Source: Eledone cirrhosa (lineage: Eukaryota). From it: a stretch of DNA of 64,000 nt. Where the stretch lies: assembly GCA_964016885.1 (NCBI GenBank), contig OZ024746.1:3782001-3846000 (forward strand). The letters are read 5' to 3'. The notes beneath the pieces are model-generated. The model did no database searches. It saw only the letters and a program-made list of their open reading frames with translations, and had not been told where the DNA came from. Shown here in pieces: positions 1-13,720 of this stretch (positions are counted from its first letter, which is position 1; each line of letters opens with the position of its first letter). The position numbers were made by a program, and so were the translations under genes.

Positions 1-295
1 TATGAAAAATAGTTAATGCATCTAGGATAGCACGCAAGAGGTTCTGCCAGGCACTTTGTTAATTTCTTTTATAAGCATTGTATTCTTTGTATTCATTAGA
101 TTGGTTTGCTGCCTTTAGTTGCGCACTTTTTAAGTGTTCGCACAATTTATCAGTGTTGTATTTGTTAAGGCGTGGTACTCACAATACGGCGTTGAATAGC
201 GTTGAATATAGTTCAGTTCTCGAGATAACCTCCCTCGTATTTGTTTACTTTACTATAATGGATTTATAATAATAAAAAAATAACAATAACATTAA

Positions 296-377
<82 letters not shown>
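296..377. repeat. (AAT)n microsatellite
   Basis: Pure aat run. Confidence 0.97.
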
Positions 378-1059
378 GTGAAAACAATCGAGATATATTT
401 TGAGTTGGCATAAGTCCAACTCTGTAAGAAAAAGGTGGAGTCCATTGAACTGACTCCGTTATGTGGTAAGTAGTTATCTCACCAACCCTGGATAGTTGGA
501 AATAACGAGTCGACAATGGTAGGATTTGAAGTCAGAAAACTGAGGAGTTAAATTTAACAAAACAGCACAATGACTGCATCACAGAAAGTTTAAGTCACTA
601 CTAATACCAGATGTTCAAGACGACCTATCAATTAGAAAAGGATACTATCAACATTTCAATGATTTATGCGATATGTGTTTGTAACAAATTCTGTTCAGTA
701 AAAAAATGGGGATAAATTAGCAAAGATGGCAACAAGTGTTTGTAGCGACCTCTACAATTTGTTGTCCTGACACCGGCTCTAAACCTTCCATTAAATATGC
801 TCATACAACATGAATGAAAAGCAAAATATATCTAAGCTAACATCTTAAGTTAGAAAGTCATAACAATGTTATAATCCCTGAAAGGAATAAATTAAAGGCA
901 CTTAAGATTTTAAAGATTATTCTTAATATTTCGTGCGGAAATTTGTTAGCCCGAGTAATATTAAACTGATAGACTAACACCTTTTTGGCATGGGTGGAGA
1001 TGGGGGTCATATAACTATGGTAATATTATTACGAAAGTGAAATTTATTTGGGTCAACAT

Positions 1060-1590
1060 TGTAGGTGGAGAAGGTCAAGTATCCTGGGGTCGTGTTCACG
1101 AGCTGGAAAGCCGGAGGCTGAATTAAGTCTAAGAATTGCAGGAATTGGTGCAGTAATGTGCCAGTTTAAGCATTTGGTAATCAGAAGAGTGGGGTAGGGG
1201 TAAAAGCCAAACTCACAATCTTAAATTCAGTATTCGTGCCAACCCTTACCTCTTGAATGTTCGGTAATGACTGAAAGAATACGATCGCGAATACAAGCGG
1301 CCAAAATGAAGTTCCGCCAAAGGGTCTTTTGACTAAGATTACTCGATAGAGTGCGTAGCTCAGAGATCAAAGAGTCACTCCACGTGGAGCAGCTACATTT
1401 TCGAATTGAGAGACCACAGTTCCGATGTTATGGGAAAGTGCTTAGAATGTCTCGGGATAGAATCACTGGACAGCTTTTACAGGCAAAACCAACTGGCAAG
1501 AGACCCAGGGGTAGACCCCGAGCAAGATGGTAGGATAACATCCATGAGCTTGGCTGGTCTCACTTGGGGACCCAGAGAGATCAGTTGGAG
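1060..1590 (+). mobile_element. Degenerate 3' fragment of an RTE-group LINE ORF2
   Basis: VEKVKYPGVVF (KYLG motif) near 1066. ORF 1351-1533 reads RSSEIKESLHVEQLHFRIERPQFRCYGKVLRM...KPTGKRPRGRPRARW, the typical RTE C-terminus (RW.GH..RM...G.R..GRP...W). Frameshifts and stops present. Confidence 0.8.
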
Positions 1591-1638
1591 ATGGTTGCTT
1601 CTGATGCGTTTGTTCATTTCATTTTTTCGTGAGCAGCT

Positions 1639-1923
<285 letters not shown>

Positions 1924-2021
1924 AACACTCACACACATTTATGTAGTTCCCAATTTGTAAAGTTGTGCACTGATGCCTCAGTGAAAAACAATTTCAAAAC
2001 AGCAGGATTTTCACATTTTAA

Positions 2022-2094
<73 letters not shown>

Positions 2095-2715
2095 GGTAGA
2101 CGAGCACACGCGTACACATATATATATATACATATACATACAAATATATATATATATAAACCTATATAAGATGCATCTATGGATGGATGGTTGTATATGT
2201 GTGTATGTATATATGTGTGTGTGTGAATGTATGTATGTATGTATGTATATATGTATGTGTGTGTGAATGTATGTGTATATGCATGTATGCATTTGTTCTT
2301 CCCCATATGCATATATAAAATATTTATCGTAAAGAAAAGTAGTTTGAATTAAGAATATTAAGCGAAAGGCATTTTGCCAGGAATTCCTTCCAGCCTATCA
2401 GTAAATCTGTTTAGGAAATGTTGTGGTCTGGCAAGGTTCTTTGTATTTTGGGGGTAAATTAGAGGTGGAGTTGGTCTATTTGGCACGACCAATGTTTTCT
2501 TTATATTCTAGAAGATTTACAGAGGAAGGAAAACGTTTGCCGACTTAGTTGTCGACAAAGAAAAATGTATGAATAAATAAAATAGAGAGAACGTCGTTTT
2601 GTTTATCACAGTTTGGTTGAAGATGACAGTATGGGACTTGTATGACGTCAGATTGAACTCGAGCCAGATTAATCCTGAACTAGGATCACCTGTGATCATA
2701 ATTTGTTTTTAAAGT

Positions 2716-3140
2716 ATACACACAGACACATGGATACACACACACACACACACACGGATACACAGACACACAGACTTCCACACACACACACAATCGCACA
2801 CACACACATGGATACACACACGGGTACACAGACACAGACACATAGATTTCCACACACACACACACACACACAATCACACGGACACACAGACACACAAACA
2901 CAGACACACAGACACAGACACACAGACTTCCACACACACACAATCACACGGACACACAGACACACAAACACACACACACAGACACACACACACAGACACA
3001 CACAATCACACGGACACACAAACACACAGACACACATACACACACACACACAGACACACAGACAAAGATACACACACAATCACACGGACACACAGACACA
3101 CACACACACAATCACACGGACACAGACATTCACACACATA
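2716..3140. repeat. Degenerate (CA)n-derived compound minisatellite
   Basis: Recurring cacaatcacacggacacacag and cagacttccacac units. Confidence 0.9.
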
Positions 3141-3154
3141 TATATCTGTATGTG

Positions 3155-3270
3155 GTTGACGGCTGAGAGATCGAGAGCTGGATCCCCAAGCGCGACGAGC
3201 CGAACTCATAGAACATCTTGCTTGGGGTCTACTCCTGGGTCTCTTGTCAGTTGGTTTTACCCGTAGAATA
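3155..3270 (-). mobile_element. Short inverted fragment of the same RTE LINE as 1060-1590
   Basis: catcttgcttggggtctactcctgggtctcttgtcagttggtttt is a near-exact reverse complement of about 1485-1529. Confidence 0.7.
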
Positions 3271-3328
3271 TGTCCAATATTTTCATACTAACTACCAAAA
3301 CTACTGACAAACCAATGAAATAATCAAT

Positions 3329-3370
3329 ACCCCTGAGGAGGCTAGTGGAAACAAGTTGAAACTGCTGGGC
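3329..3370 (+). ncRNA. Degenerate hammerhead-like motif
   Basis: ccc-CTGAGGA-ggct...agtt-GAAA-ctgct-ggg; stem III and the cleavage triplet are imperfect. Confidence 0.3.
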
Positions 3371-4872
3371 TCATCGTTGGGATTCTACTTCTTCAATAAA
3401 CCCACACTACATCTCAACATACATCTAGTACTATCCTGAAACCAGTGAGAAATATATTTCCAACTGGTAGGGTGATCTGGTACATGTCTGGTACATATCT
3501 GGTACATATTTTTGATATTTAAGCGGATTAAGATAATGGGGAATTTCTTGTTCTGTCCAGAAACACGAAACATTTGCAACGGATTTTTACAGATAACATT
3601 GATAGACTATTTCATTAAACATTCATTATTTTCACTCTAATGCGTGAGTAGCTATGTTGATGTCAAAGAAGGAAACTGAAACTGTTGTGGTGTTCACGTC
3701 TTTACTAATTTAAGGGTGGCTACAGACATTTGAATCGTTTGCAGTGGTGGAAGAAAAGTAGTGTTGACCTTGATAAAATTTGATCTCTGAATGTAAACAA
3801 CCGGAACAATTAAACCAAGACATTTTCTACTATTCTCTTACGATTCTACAAACCAGATTTCCTCATTCAACGAGCAGTATATGACAGGAAATAATCTCAA
3901 TGTTTGTTTTTACCACAGACATTACTGACACACATAAAATAGCTACAACTCGGAATTGGCTGAGAACTCACATCTGGTCGACGTCGTTAGGCACCAAGCA
4001 GATATGCACCCAATCATTCACAATGCCTTTCTCCAGCAATATTTTACCCCCTTCTAACCAGTACTTGATGATTATGACGAGGTCTTTATCATTACACTAT
4101 GTAAATCTAAAATGTGGTTTAATTAAACTGGAAACAAGATAGAAGTGAATGGAAAATAAGGTGTGGCTCTAGTTGTGATGTTTAACCCAGGATCAGCTCC
4201 AGTTGAGCAGACTTATAGCTATGACTATTTGGTCTTTCTTTCAGGCAGTAGGCCAATGCTCCATTCCTTTTTAAAAACAATATTATGTAATTTAAGGGAT
4301 ATTTATCTGTGATATATAGCAGGTCAAATGGCCACGTAGAGCATCCTTCGTTGACGAATCAACACATTTTGAACTCATGATCTAATATTAAATATGTCGC
4401 AATACATAAATCACTCAGTAAAATTCCCTTAACACAGCAGCCATATTGCAAAACAGGAATAAATAAGAAATAGAACAAATACATCTCCATATTGAACCGC
4501 CTTATTTGATGTCTTTTTAATATTATAAAGTAGTTATATGAAATATAGTATCAGGAATGATATCAGTAATATAAGAGAACATAATGACATGGCTACTGAG
4601 ATTTCTAATTATATTGTGAGTGACTGGTCATCATGTAGCTAGGGTGATAATCTTAAATGACATTTTACAAACATTTGCATATTTGTTTCAGATTTAAACA
4701 AAAATATAATCACCTAAAGAGTTTATATATATATATAACAAGCGTTTATATATTTATTTTTATGACTAGTTACTAAACGGTTCATTTTATCTATCTATCT
4801 ATAAACGATTATGACTATTTCTTATATTTGTATTTAATTCTGTAGCTATATATATACTACTAAAACTCTGTG

Positions 4873-4903
<31 letters not shown>

Positions 4904-4905
<2 letters not shown>

Positions 4906-4992
4906 GAACGAGTAGGACCCCGACGGCTGAGCTCAAGTATTGAGTACTTTGGTGCGTTATGGTCCACCTGGTTCCTTACCACATTTCCTCCG

Positions 4993-4994
<2 letters not shown>
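4904..4994 (+). mobile_element. Family T1 copy 2 (inverted head plus 3' end) in (TA)n
   Basis: aggaacgagtaggaccccgacggctgagctcaag (inverted segment) is joined to gtattgagtactttggtgcg...cctccgtt, with TA tracts on both sides. Confidence 0.75.
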
Positions 4995-5029
<35 letters not shown>

Positions 5030-5100
5030 CTAGGAAGCTCCAACAGTTTAGGTTGTCTTTTTTTCCGGGTATGTCAATATTTATTTATAAACCAAATCTG

Positions 5101-5166
5101 TATTTTATCTGATGATAGCGCACCAAGGGCAACCTTGGTTGCCCTTGAAATATGTATAATAAAATA
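5101..5166 (+). ncRNA. Minimal type I hammerhead ribozyme motif
   Basis: tattttat-CTGATGA-...aagggcaacc tt ggttgccctt-GAAA-tatgta-TA-ataaaata, with an 8-bp stem I (tattttat/ataaaata). Homologous to 47183-47244. Confidence 0.7.
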
Positions 5167-5217
5167 AATATGGTTTTATAAATATAGTTTCCATTTATTA
5201 AAATATTGTATATATTA

Positions 5218-5353
5218 ATTACGGCCTTTGCCATTCTGAGTTCAAATCCCGCCGAGGTTAACTTTGCCTTTCATCCTTACGGGGTCGATAAAATAAAGTA
5301 CCAGTAATACACTGGGTAATTGCTGGCCTTGTGCCTAACGTAGAAACAATTAA
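5218..5353 (+). mobile_element. tRNA-derived SINE group A, 5'-truncated
   Basis: B box gagttcaaatcc, central ctttgcctttcatccttacggggtcgataaaataaagtaccag, tail ggccttgtgcc...agaaacaatt. Confidence 0.85.
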
Positions 5354-5464
5354 TATATTGTATATATATATATATATAGTAATAATAATAAATGTGAAGA
5401 CTAAAATACAAAGAGGGCTCGATAAGGATAAATATATATCAAATGTACAAGAACTCTAGAGCAA

Positions 5465-5535
5465 ATATTTATTAAAATAACAGATTAAAGTTTAAGCAAA
5501 GAATCGCTGCTTTCACCCTTAACGGGATCTTCAGA

Positions 5536-5537
<2 letters not shown>
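5465..5537 (-). mobile_element. (TA)n-adjacent module with hammerhead-like core (also at 9960-10035 and 11924-11998)
   Basis: Minus strand CTGAAGA-tcccgttaagggt-GAAA-gcagcgattc...ttttaataaat. Two further near-identical copies on the + strand, each abutting (TA)n, read CAGAAGA. Confidence 0.55.
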
Positions 5538-5582
<45 letters not shown>

Positions 5583-5861
5583 ATATAGAGGGGGAAAGTC
5601 ACAGAAGAGTATGTTTTTCTTTACAGGAATTTCAAACCACCGGCGTGAAGAGAATATCAGCTACTAGAGGCATAGGAAAAACATTAAAATTAAAAGTATA
5701 AATTAAAATGAGAAACCAACCTAGATTATATATACATACATACATATATACATATATATATTGGCCTTCCAATTTAATTTTACATATTATACGTCTGTGT
5801 ATATTTTATATATAAAAATTATTTTTAAGTGAACATGACCCAAAGGGTCACGGGTGGTCTA

Positions 5862-5901
<40 letters not shown>

Positions 5902-5937
5902 AAAAGATAACAACGACGATTGGTTACTCCTTCATTA

Positions 5938-5980
5938 CATTTATTGCTAGGTGACGCGCGTTTCGCCACTGATCAGCTCA
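5938..5980 (-). ncRNA. 3' half of a hammerhead with palindromic stem III
   Basis: Minus strand tggc-GAAA-CGCGCG-TC-acctagc-aataaa; the CTGANGA box is missing. Confidence 0.4.
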
Positions 5981-6355
5981 AAGTTCGATCTGTATCGATC
6001 TTACCCGACTCTATAATCCGCAGCTCAAAGGACCCCTTAAAATGCTAGTAGAATATATATATGATACAGTATAAAAAGATGTGCACAACAAAAAGAAACA
6101 TAAAACAGAAAGAAATCCAAGCACAGAGGACTCGTTATTTTTATATATTTATTTTCAATCTATATATCTATTTATTTATTTATTTATTTATTTATATTCT
6201 AATTATATTTAACTCACAGGTTCCCCTATGTCTTCTGCTAATATAAATGTTACGGCCATGTGGAAAACCCTCCATTTAAAGAATATCTCGGCAGCATTCT
6301 ACAGGAAGCTCTCGAGATATTGGTGTAATGTGGCTAGAGAAAATAGAAGGATCCC

Positions 6356-6580
6356 ACCGTTGGTCATAGGTCTGTTTAGTATAATAACAACTATAATAAA
6401 TACCGTTGGTCATAGGTCTGTTTAGTATAATAACAACTATAATAAATACCGTTGGTCATAGGTCTGTTTAGTATAATAACAACTATAATAAATACCGTTG
6501 GTCATAGGTCTGTTTAGTATAACAACTATAATAAATACCGTTGGTCATAGGTCTGTTTAGTATAATAACAACTATAATAA
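6356..6580. repeat. 46-bp minisatellite, about 5 copies
   Basis: Unit accgttggtcataggtctgtttagtataataacaactataataaat. Confidence 0.95.
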
Positions 6581-6781
6581 ACACATCAACAACTGTGTGG
6601 CTGCTGGACCTACTAGAAATATTAGTCCAATTTCCCTCAAATCACAGCTTGTGAAGAACACATTAAATAATGTAGTCCTAGATACACCTTAAGGGATGGT
6701 ATTTTAACAAGGGGGTTGTCTATGACATAGTGCTACTATTGACGTGGGCGAAAAATAACAACGACAACAACAATAGTTTTT

Positions 6782-6990
6782 TATTTAGGCACAAGGCCAA
6801 CTATTTCGGCGGAGGAGAAAGTCGATTAAATTGACCCCAGAGCGTTACTGGTACTTTATTTTATCGACCCCGTAAGGATGAAAGACAAAGCTAACCTCGA
6901 TGGGATTTCAACTCAGAACGTTAAGCGCCGTAACTATATATCGCAAAGCATGTTATCCGACGCTCTACCGAAACAGCAAATCCACCACCC
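6782..6990 (-). mobile_element. SINE group A
   Basis: Reverse complement of the group A consensus (ggcacaaggcc...ggtactttattttatcgacccc...gatttcaactcag...cgacgctctaccg). Confidence 0.8.
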
Positions 6991-6992
6991 TT

Positions 6993-7220
<228 letters not shown>

Positions 7221-7804
7221 GATACATAAGATTAACAAGATAACTTCGTGCTCAAAGTTAGAATAAAATAGGTTTCTCAACTTACCTGGAATGCCCTCTC
7301 AACACAACAGTATCCTAGTTTCAGTCAAAACTAAAGTACAACAACTTTCCGACAAGATTGAAAAGCTACAATCAATAATAGAAATACAAAGACTGTTTCC
7401 TTTCAGTTTGTGTATTCACGATAATTCCCGTCGTCGCCGACGGAGACTCTAAAATGGACGTTATCTGTGTCTATTTACAACTCGTCGGGATTTCATTCAA
7501 TTGTAAAACAATTTATTTTACTCAACGAACAGTTAAGTGTGTTACAGCTCTATAAGGGTTCCTCTACTGAAATAAAATATATTGCCGTCTTGGATTGCAA
7601 ATAACTGTGGAGTGGTTCTCTCTGTCTTTCAACGTGTTAGAATCGGCCAAGTTGCTACTGCCGGGTCAGCGCTCTCAACAGCAACAACAACAGCACTAAT
7701 AACGCCAACTGCATTAGCTACAAGAACAGGATATTCAAGTGTCTAAAAGTCGAGAGTTTTCCTGTTGAGGTTCTGGTGAGTCTGGTTATCACCACATTTA
7801 TAAA

Positions 7805-7807
<3 letters not shown>

Positions 7808-7859
<52 letters not shown>

Positions 7860-7895
7860 TGGAGGGAGAGAGATAGATAGATAGAGAGAGAGAGA

Positions 7896-7962
<67 letters not shown>

Positions 7963-7979
7963 TGGAGGGAGAGAGAGAG

Positions 7980-8041
<62 letters not shown>

Positions 8042-8048
8042 ACACACG

Positions 8049-8116
<68 letters not shown>

Positions 8117-8175
8117 TGGAGGGAGAGAGAGAGATAGATAGATAGAGAGAGAGAGAGAATATATATATATAGAAT

Positions 8176-8238
<63 letters not shown>

Positions 8239-8240
8239 CA
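7808..8240. repeat. Compound (TA)/(GA)/(GATA)/(CA) tract with a higher-order unit repeated about 3 times
   Basis: gagatggagggagaga...gatagata...gagaatata recurs at about 7857, 7960 and 8113. Confidence 0.9.
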
Positions 8241-8486
8241 CTGACCCCAGCAGTCGAAGGGTTCACAGTTCATATTCTGACACAGGGGCTGCACCAATTT
8301 ATGGTCAAGGTCCTTGACTATCACTCGCACAGTCTATCTAACTATAAGTAGGTTCTCTAGCTAGGTACAACCTTCTAACCAACCTATAATGGCAAGAGCA
8401 GGAATCTGGGAACCTTTCCTAGTGACATAATGATGTAAGTTAAGGGTGGAATAGGTAATGGCTGCTTCTCTCAGCCATCAACCACG

Positions 8487-8534
<48 letters not shown>

Positions 8535-8535
<1 letters not shown>

Positions 8536-9605
8536 TAAGAAAGTAAAACAAAAGTCTTTATTAGCCGACAATGTTTCGTCCTATTAAGGACTCATCAGGG
8601 CAATTAAAACAACAAGAAGTATTATCGGCCAATACAAGCCGGAAACTCCGAACAATATGGAGTGTACATACACTAAAGTATTCAAGATCATGGGTAAAAA
8701 TATATAATAAAAATAATAAAAATATATAATAAAAATTACTAAGGAGGTGTATAATATTAAGAACCATATTACAAATATAGTCCAAAGTAAAAAAACCCTA
8801 GAGCTAAAGAAAGGTGGTTATATAGAGCAGGCATTATATATAATACAATGTAATATAATATAATATACCTTTACCGATATTAAAATTACAATAAAAATTA
8901 AAAGGTACAATATACATATGTATATATGTACGCACACGTACGCACACATACACATACATCAATACACATATCCATCTTCAACTGCACAAATTAAACCTTA
9001 TTAAGAGTTTAAATATAAAAATAAGCATGATAGGAATGAAAATAATAATAATAATAATAATACATATACCCAATATACATGAGATAATAATATGATATTA
9101 TTATAAGTAGCACATAGGGGTCGATAAAATAAAGTACCAGTAATGCACTGGGTAATTGCTGGCCTTGTGCCTAAAGTAGAAACAATTATAAGTAGCACAT
9201 ATAATAAATAAAAAACCATACAATTATATACTATATAATATAATATAATAGAATAGATAATCTCCGGTTAATTTACACAAACAATATAGATGTCGCAATA
9301 ATACTATAATAATAATATACTAACATTTATAATATACAATATATAATGGCATTCAAGTTAACAAATCAATTCATATAGAGTTACAGAGTAGGTGAGGAAA
9401 AATAAATTGTACAATACCCCAAAATGATGAGTCCTTAATAGGACGAAACATTGTCGGCTAATAAAGTCTTTTGATGTATTGAAGGCTTCTTTGTTTTACT
9501 TTCTTAATTCTTCGGCTCTGTTTAACCACATTGAGCTATACCTTTTACTGTCATTTCTATAATACGAAGAGGGTGTTTAACTCCAACACGCTCCAGTATT
9601 TTAAC

Positions 9606-9610
<5 letters not shown>
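8535..9610. mobile_element. Putative non-autonomous Penelope-like insertion in (TA)n with inverted hammerhead-containing ends
   Basis: 8535-8597 and 9425-9508 are inverted copies that both contain the hammerhead core. The unit is bounded by (TA)n tracts, and a SINE A 3' fragment sits inside at 9117-9190. Confidence 0.6.
8564..8601 (-). ncRNA. Minimal type I hammerhead ribozyme with canonical core
   Basis: Minus strand gcc-CTGATGA-GTCC ttaata GGAC-GAAA-c att g-TC-ggc, followed by taataaa. All core nucleotides and a GUC triplet are present. Confidence 0.85.
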
Positions 9611-9678
<68 letters not shown>

Positions 9679-10029
9679 GGGTGACAAGAACACTCCGAGC
9701 TTGATTATTGCTTCTACACTTGTTTCCATTATTAACTCTATGTATAAGTAATGTACTGGGTAATTGCTGGTCTTGTGCCTAAAGTAGAAACAATTATTAA
9801 CTCTATGTATATCTTAAGATTTATATTGAGTTATATAATGTATGTCCGTGTCAATGTTCACATTTCTTTCTGTGTTTCTATCCTTAGCGTTCCGAAAGTA
9901 AAATTCCCATAAAATATATACCACGACAAAAATAAGTACTGCGTTCACAGATTGATTATTTTAGTTTCAGAAGATCCCGTTATGGGTGAAAGCAGCGATT
10001 CTTTGCTTAAACTTTAATCTGTTATTTTA

Positions 10030-10096
<67 letters not shown>

Positions 10097-10097
<1 letters not shown>

Positions 10098-10986
10098 GAG
10101 GTGTGTCAGAAAAGTTCCAGGACTGATGTCACAAAAGATTTATTTCAAACCCAAACTTCACACTAAGAGTTTTCTCCTTTAAAATAATCCCCCTGGAGTA
10201 TGTAACTGTAATTTTAGTTCTCTGCAGCGATCAAACTTTTTTCTTCATAATTTTATATGCATGTCCTCTGTTTCAGGTCTTCAAGCAATGAGCACAGAGC
10301 AACGAATAAACTTGAAAACACCGTCAGAAGCACTGGGATTGCTGCAGCAAGTGTATGGAGATGAGACGATGTCACGCTCATGTGTTTTTGAGTGGTGCAA
10401 GGGGTTTAAAGAAGGGCGCGAGGACGTGGAAGATGACCCCAGGAGTGGAAGGCCCTCAACAACTGAGGTCAACGTTGAGCGCGTCAGGCAGATGGTGCGT
10501 AGCGATCGTCGGCTGACTGTTCAACTGATGGCAAAAGAACTGGGCATGAATCGGGACAGCATCTGGAAGATTCTCACTGAAGATTTGCACATGCGGAAAG
10601 TCTGCGCGAAGATGGTGCCAAAACTGCTGAACGATGACCAGAAGGGTCGACGCATGCAAGTGTGCCAGGACATCCTCGAGCGTCTTGAAACCGAACCAGA
10701 CTTGCTAGGGACAGTCATCACCGGTGATGAGTCATGGATCTTCGAGTACGACCCGGAGGGGACCCGTTTTGAAGACGTGGACGACATCAAACAGGCCGTG
10801 ACGACGGAATTGCGGAGGATCTCGGAAGAATCCTCCCAAGAGTGCATACAAGTGTGGCAGAAAAGGATGGAAAAGTGCATTAGACTCCAGGAGGAATACT
10901 TTGAAAGAGAAAACTCTTAGTGTGAAGTTTGGGTTTGAAATAAATCTTTTGTCACATCAGTGCTGGAACTTTTCTGACCCACCTCG
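10097..10986 (+). mobile_element. Mariner (Tc1/mariner) transposon, internally deleted, with TIRs of about 80 bp and TA target
   Basis: TA|cgaggtgtgtcagaaaagttccag...actaagagttttctc is mirrored at 10907-10986 (...ctgacccacctcg|TA). Transposase homology lies between the TIRs. Confidence 0.95.
10261..10920 (+). pseudogene. Mariner transposase ORF with an in-frame deletion of most of the catalytic domain (219 aa)
   Basis: HTH region (VYGDETMSR..VFEW..F..GR..VEDDPRSGRPS), linker MVPKLL and first catalytic motif TGDESW/FEYDPE are joined directly to the C-terminal GTRFEDVDDIK...W..R..KCI..QEEYFE. HDNA and YSPDL motifs are absent. Confidence 0.9.
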
Positions 10987-10993
10987 TATATGA

Positions 10994-11047
<54 letters not shown>

Positions 11048-11087
11048 TTAGAACATCTGACTGATAAAATGACAAGTCAGTCAATCA

Positions 11088-11300
11088 TATTGGTGGCCTC
11101 CCCACAGCCCCGGCGGACAGAATGGAGAAGGCGTTTCCCCGGAGGACGGCAAGAGAGACGCGGTGGAAAAGCCATTCCAGCTCACGAGGCTCACACCTGC
11201 GGCAAGCAAGCTCAGCGCTTATGGTGGTGAGTAGGGAGGTAGCCCTAGGCCCGAGGACACCAGAAGTCTCCACTGCCAAGGGTAAATGAAAGCGGAGCCA
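11088..11300 (-). mobile_element. 3' fragment of a CRE-like, restriction-like-endonuclease non-LTR retrotransposon
   Basis: Minus-strand ORF contains PLAVETSGVLGPRA..LL..I...L......PRE..WLFHRVSLAVLRGNAFSIL, matching the C-terminal P.AVET.G..G.......QR.S.A..RGNA signature. Confidence 0.7.
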
Positions 11301-11599
11301 TACCTGTCCGCCGTCTATTGACCAAACTAGTAAAAGACTAGAAGAAGACATTGATAACCCAGCATCACCATAGACTATTCTCTGGAATTAGTAAAAATAA
11401 AAACAATTTAATAAATTAATATTTGAACAATTGAAAGATGAAACTCAATTTAAACTTTTTTTCGAACAATAAAATCCTATTTTGTGTAATTTCTTTTATG
11501 CATTGTTTCATACAGACATGTTTTAAATATATATATAGTATATATGTTAAATACATCTGTATGATAGAATTATTGTTAGCGATTGTGATACAGACACAC

Positions 11600-12112
<513 letters not shown>

Positions 12113-12471
12113 TTAAAAGAGAACTTTGCTTTTACCATGAGTAACATGAATCTAAGTTCTGCTAATTTCAATTAGTTTATTCGGGATATGGGGCGACGGA
12201 TGTTTGCATAACTTTGATAGCTTTAACAGCAATGTACTATTCATAAATGATGTTGGTGTATATTTTCATACGAAATTGAATGAGCTTTACATAATAAGAG
12301 CAGACAGAGTCAGACAGCAGATACACACTTGTGTATATGGTATGCAAATGCATAAAGTTAACGTTGATGTCTATTCCTTTTACATTTCTTTATTATAATT
12401 TATTTTTCACATATAATTTTCTTTCTGCACTCAATTTAATATAATGTATGTAACATATTGTGTTTATTTTT

Positions 12472-12600
<129 letters not shown>

Positions 12601-13116
12601 TGGCAAATAATTGCTGGTTGTCTTCTACCTCCGTGAGAACATGATTTCAAGAATATTCTGTAAAAGAAAACAAAACAATCATGGGACAAAGACATACACA
12701 CACAAACAAACATACATACACATCAGTGTGCATGATGGTCAATTTTGGCCTGAGGTCTTATGTGGTCCTTTAGATTAGGCATACTTTGAAAAACCCGTCT
12801 ACACATATTGTAAGATAGTTTTGGTGTAGTTTGATCTGCCTGTGTTGTCTGATGTTGATAAACCTTGAAATGTCTATTTAGAATACCTTGAAATTTACAG
12901 ATATTTTGACATATGTGGCATTGATAATGGTGAACTGGTTAGTATGTTCTGTAGTCAGTAGGGAGTGCCCTATTGTGTGGTCTTATGTGAGATTGAAGTC
13001 CAATCTCTGACAGGCAGATTTCGCCACAAACTGTACATCTAGAAAATGTTTCATTAATTTCATATTCCGTTACAGCTGTTTTTTCTTATATTCTTCTTAA
13101 TATTTACTTGCATAAA

Positions 13117-13333
13117 CCCTTTAGCATTTAAACCGGCCATATCCGGCCAGAATTCTCTCACCTCTTTCCGTTCAAACTGGCTGTAACTGGACACTCATAT
13201 GATGTTGAGGTATTGTCAAAATAAATAATATCAAAATCTCATAGATTCGATATTATGTGAGATAATTATGTGAAGTAAAACCTTTACCTTGAAAATAAAA
13301 TAGTATATATAGAGTAATGTAAATGCTAAGGGG
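13117..13333. mobile_element. piggyBac-like MITE
   Basis: TIRs ccctttagcattta and taaatgctaagggg; flanks taaa (left) and ttaa (right), consistent with a TTAA target. Confidence 0.7.
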
Positions 13334-13344
13334 TTAACTTGTTT

Positions 13345-13720
13345 TGCTCAAAGCTTTTCACACCATCCTACAGTTTTGAACGCCAGGTAGAGCGATCTAT
13401 TATGAGATTTTCCAGATGTGTTTGACCAAATCCTAAATTTTTCAAGTTCTTCTTCAATGCATCCTTGAACATTTTCGTTGGCTTACTCTGTTTCCTTTTC
13501 TCTGAACACGTTCCCCATACGACAGTTACTTAGGGATATGCCTGTTAGCCATGCGGACATGTCCAGATCAGTTGGTTTTTCACAATTATTGCCTGGATTA
13601 AGCACCAGATACAACTAGAACATCAGATTCGGGAGTGAATTTTATTTTCAGAATATTCCGTAACATTTTTGATAGAATCGTTCAAACGATCTAAAGTGTA
13701 AGACGTCCAACTGAAGAATA
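13345..13720 (-). mobile_element. Old RTE LINE 3' fragment
   Basis: Minus strand, across frameshifts, gives ENQL.W...KRKQSKPTKMFKDALKKNL...ENLIIDRSTWR, the RTE C-terminal pattern. Confidence 0.6.

Noticed and set aside
6585-6745. Conserved non-coding element recurring at about 4170-4340, 19360-19550, 28965-29050, 50135-50270, 60860-61120 and 62900-63050
   Set aside because: It appears to be an old, highly diverged dispersed repeat (ctagaaatagcagc.aaat.tccctcaaatcac-like core). I cannot define its ends or class, so it is not listed as a feature.
8620-9420. Penelope GIY-YIG or RT coding remnant between the inverted hammerheads
   Set aside because: No recognisable RT or GIY-YIG motif in the listed ORFs, so the Penelope assignment rests on RNA motif and architecture only.
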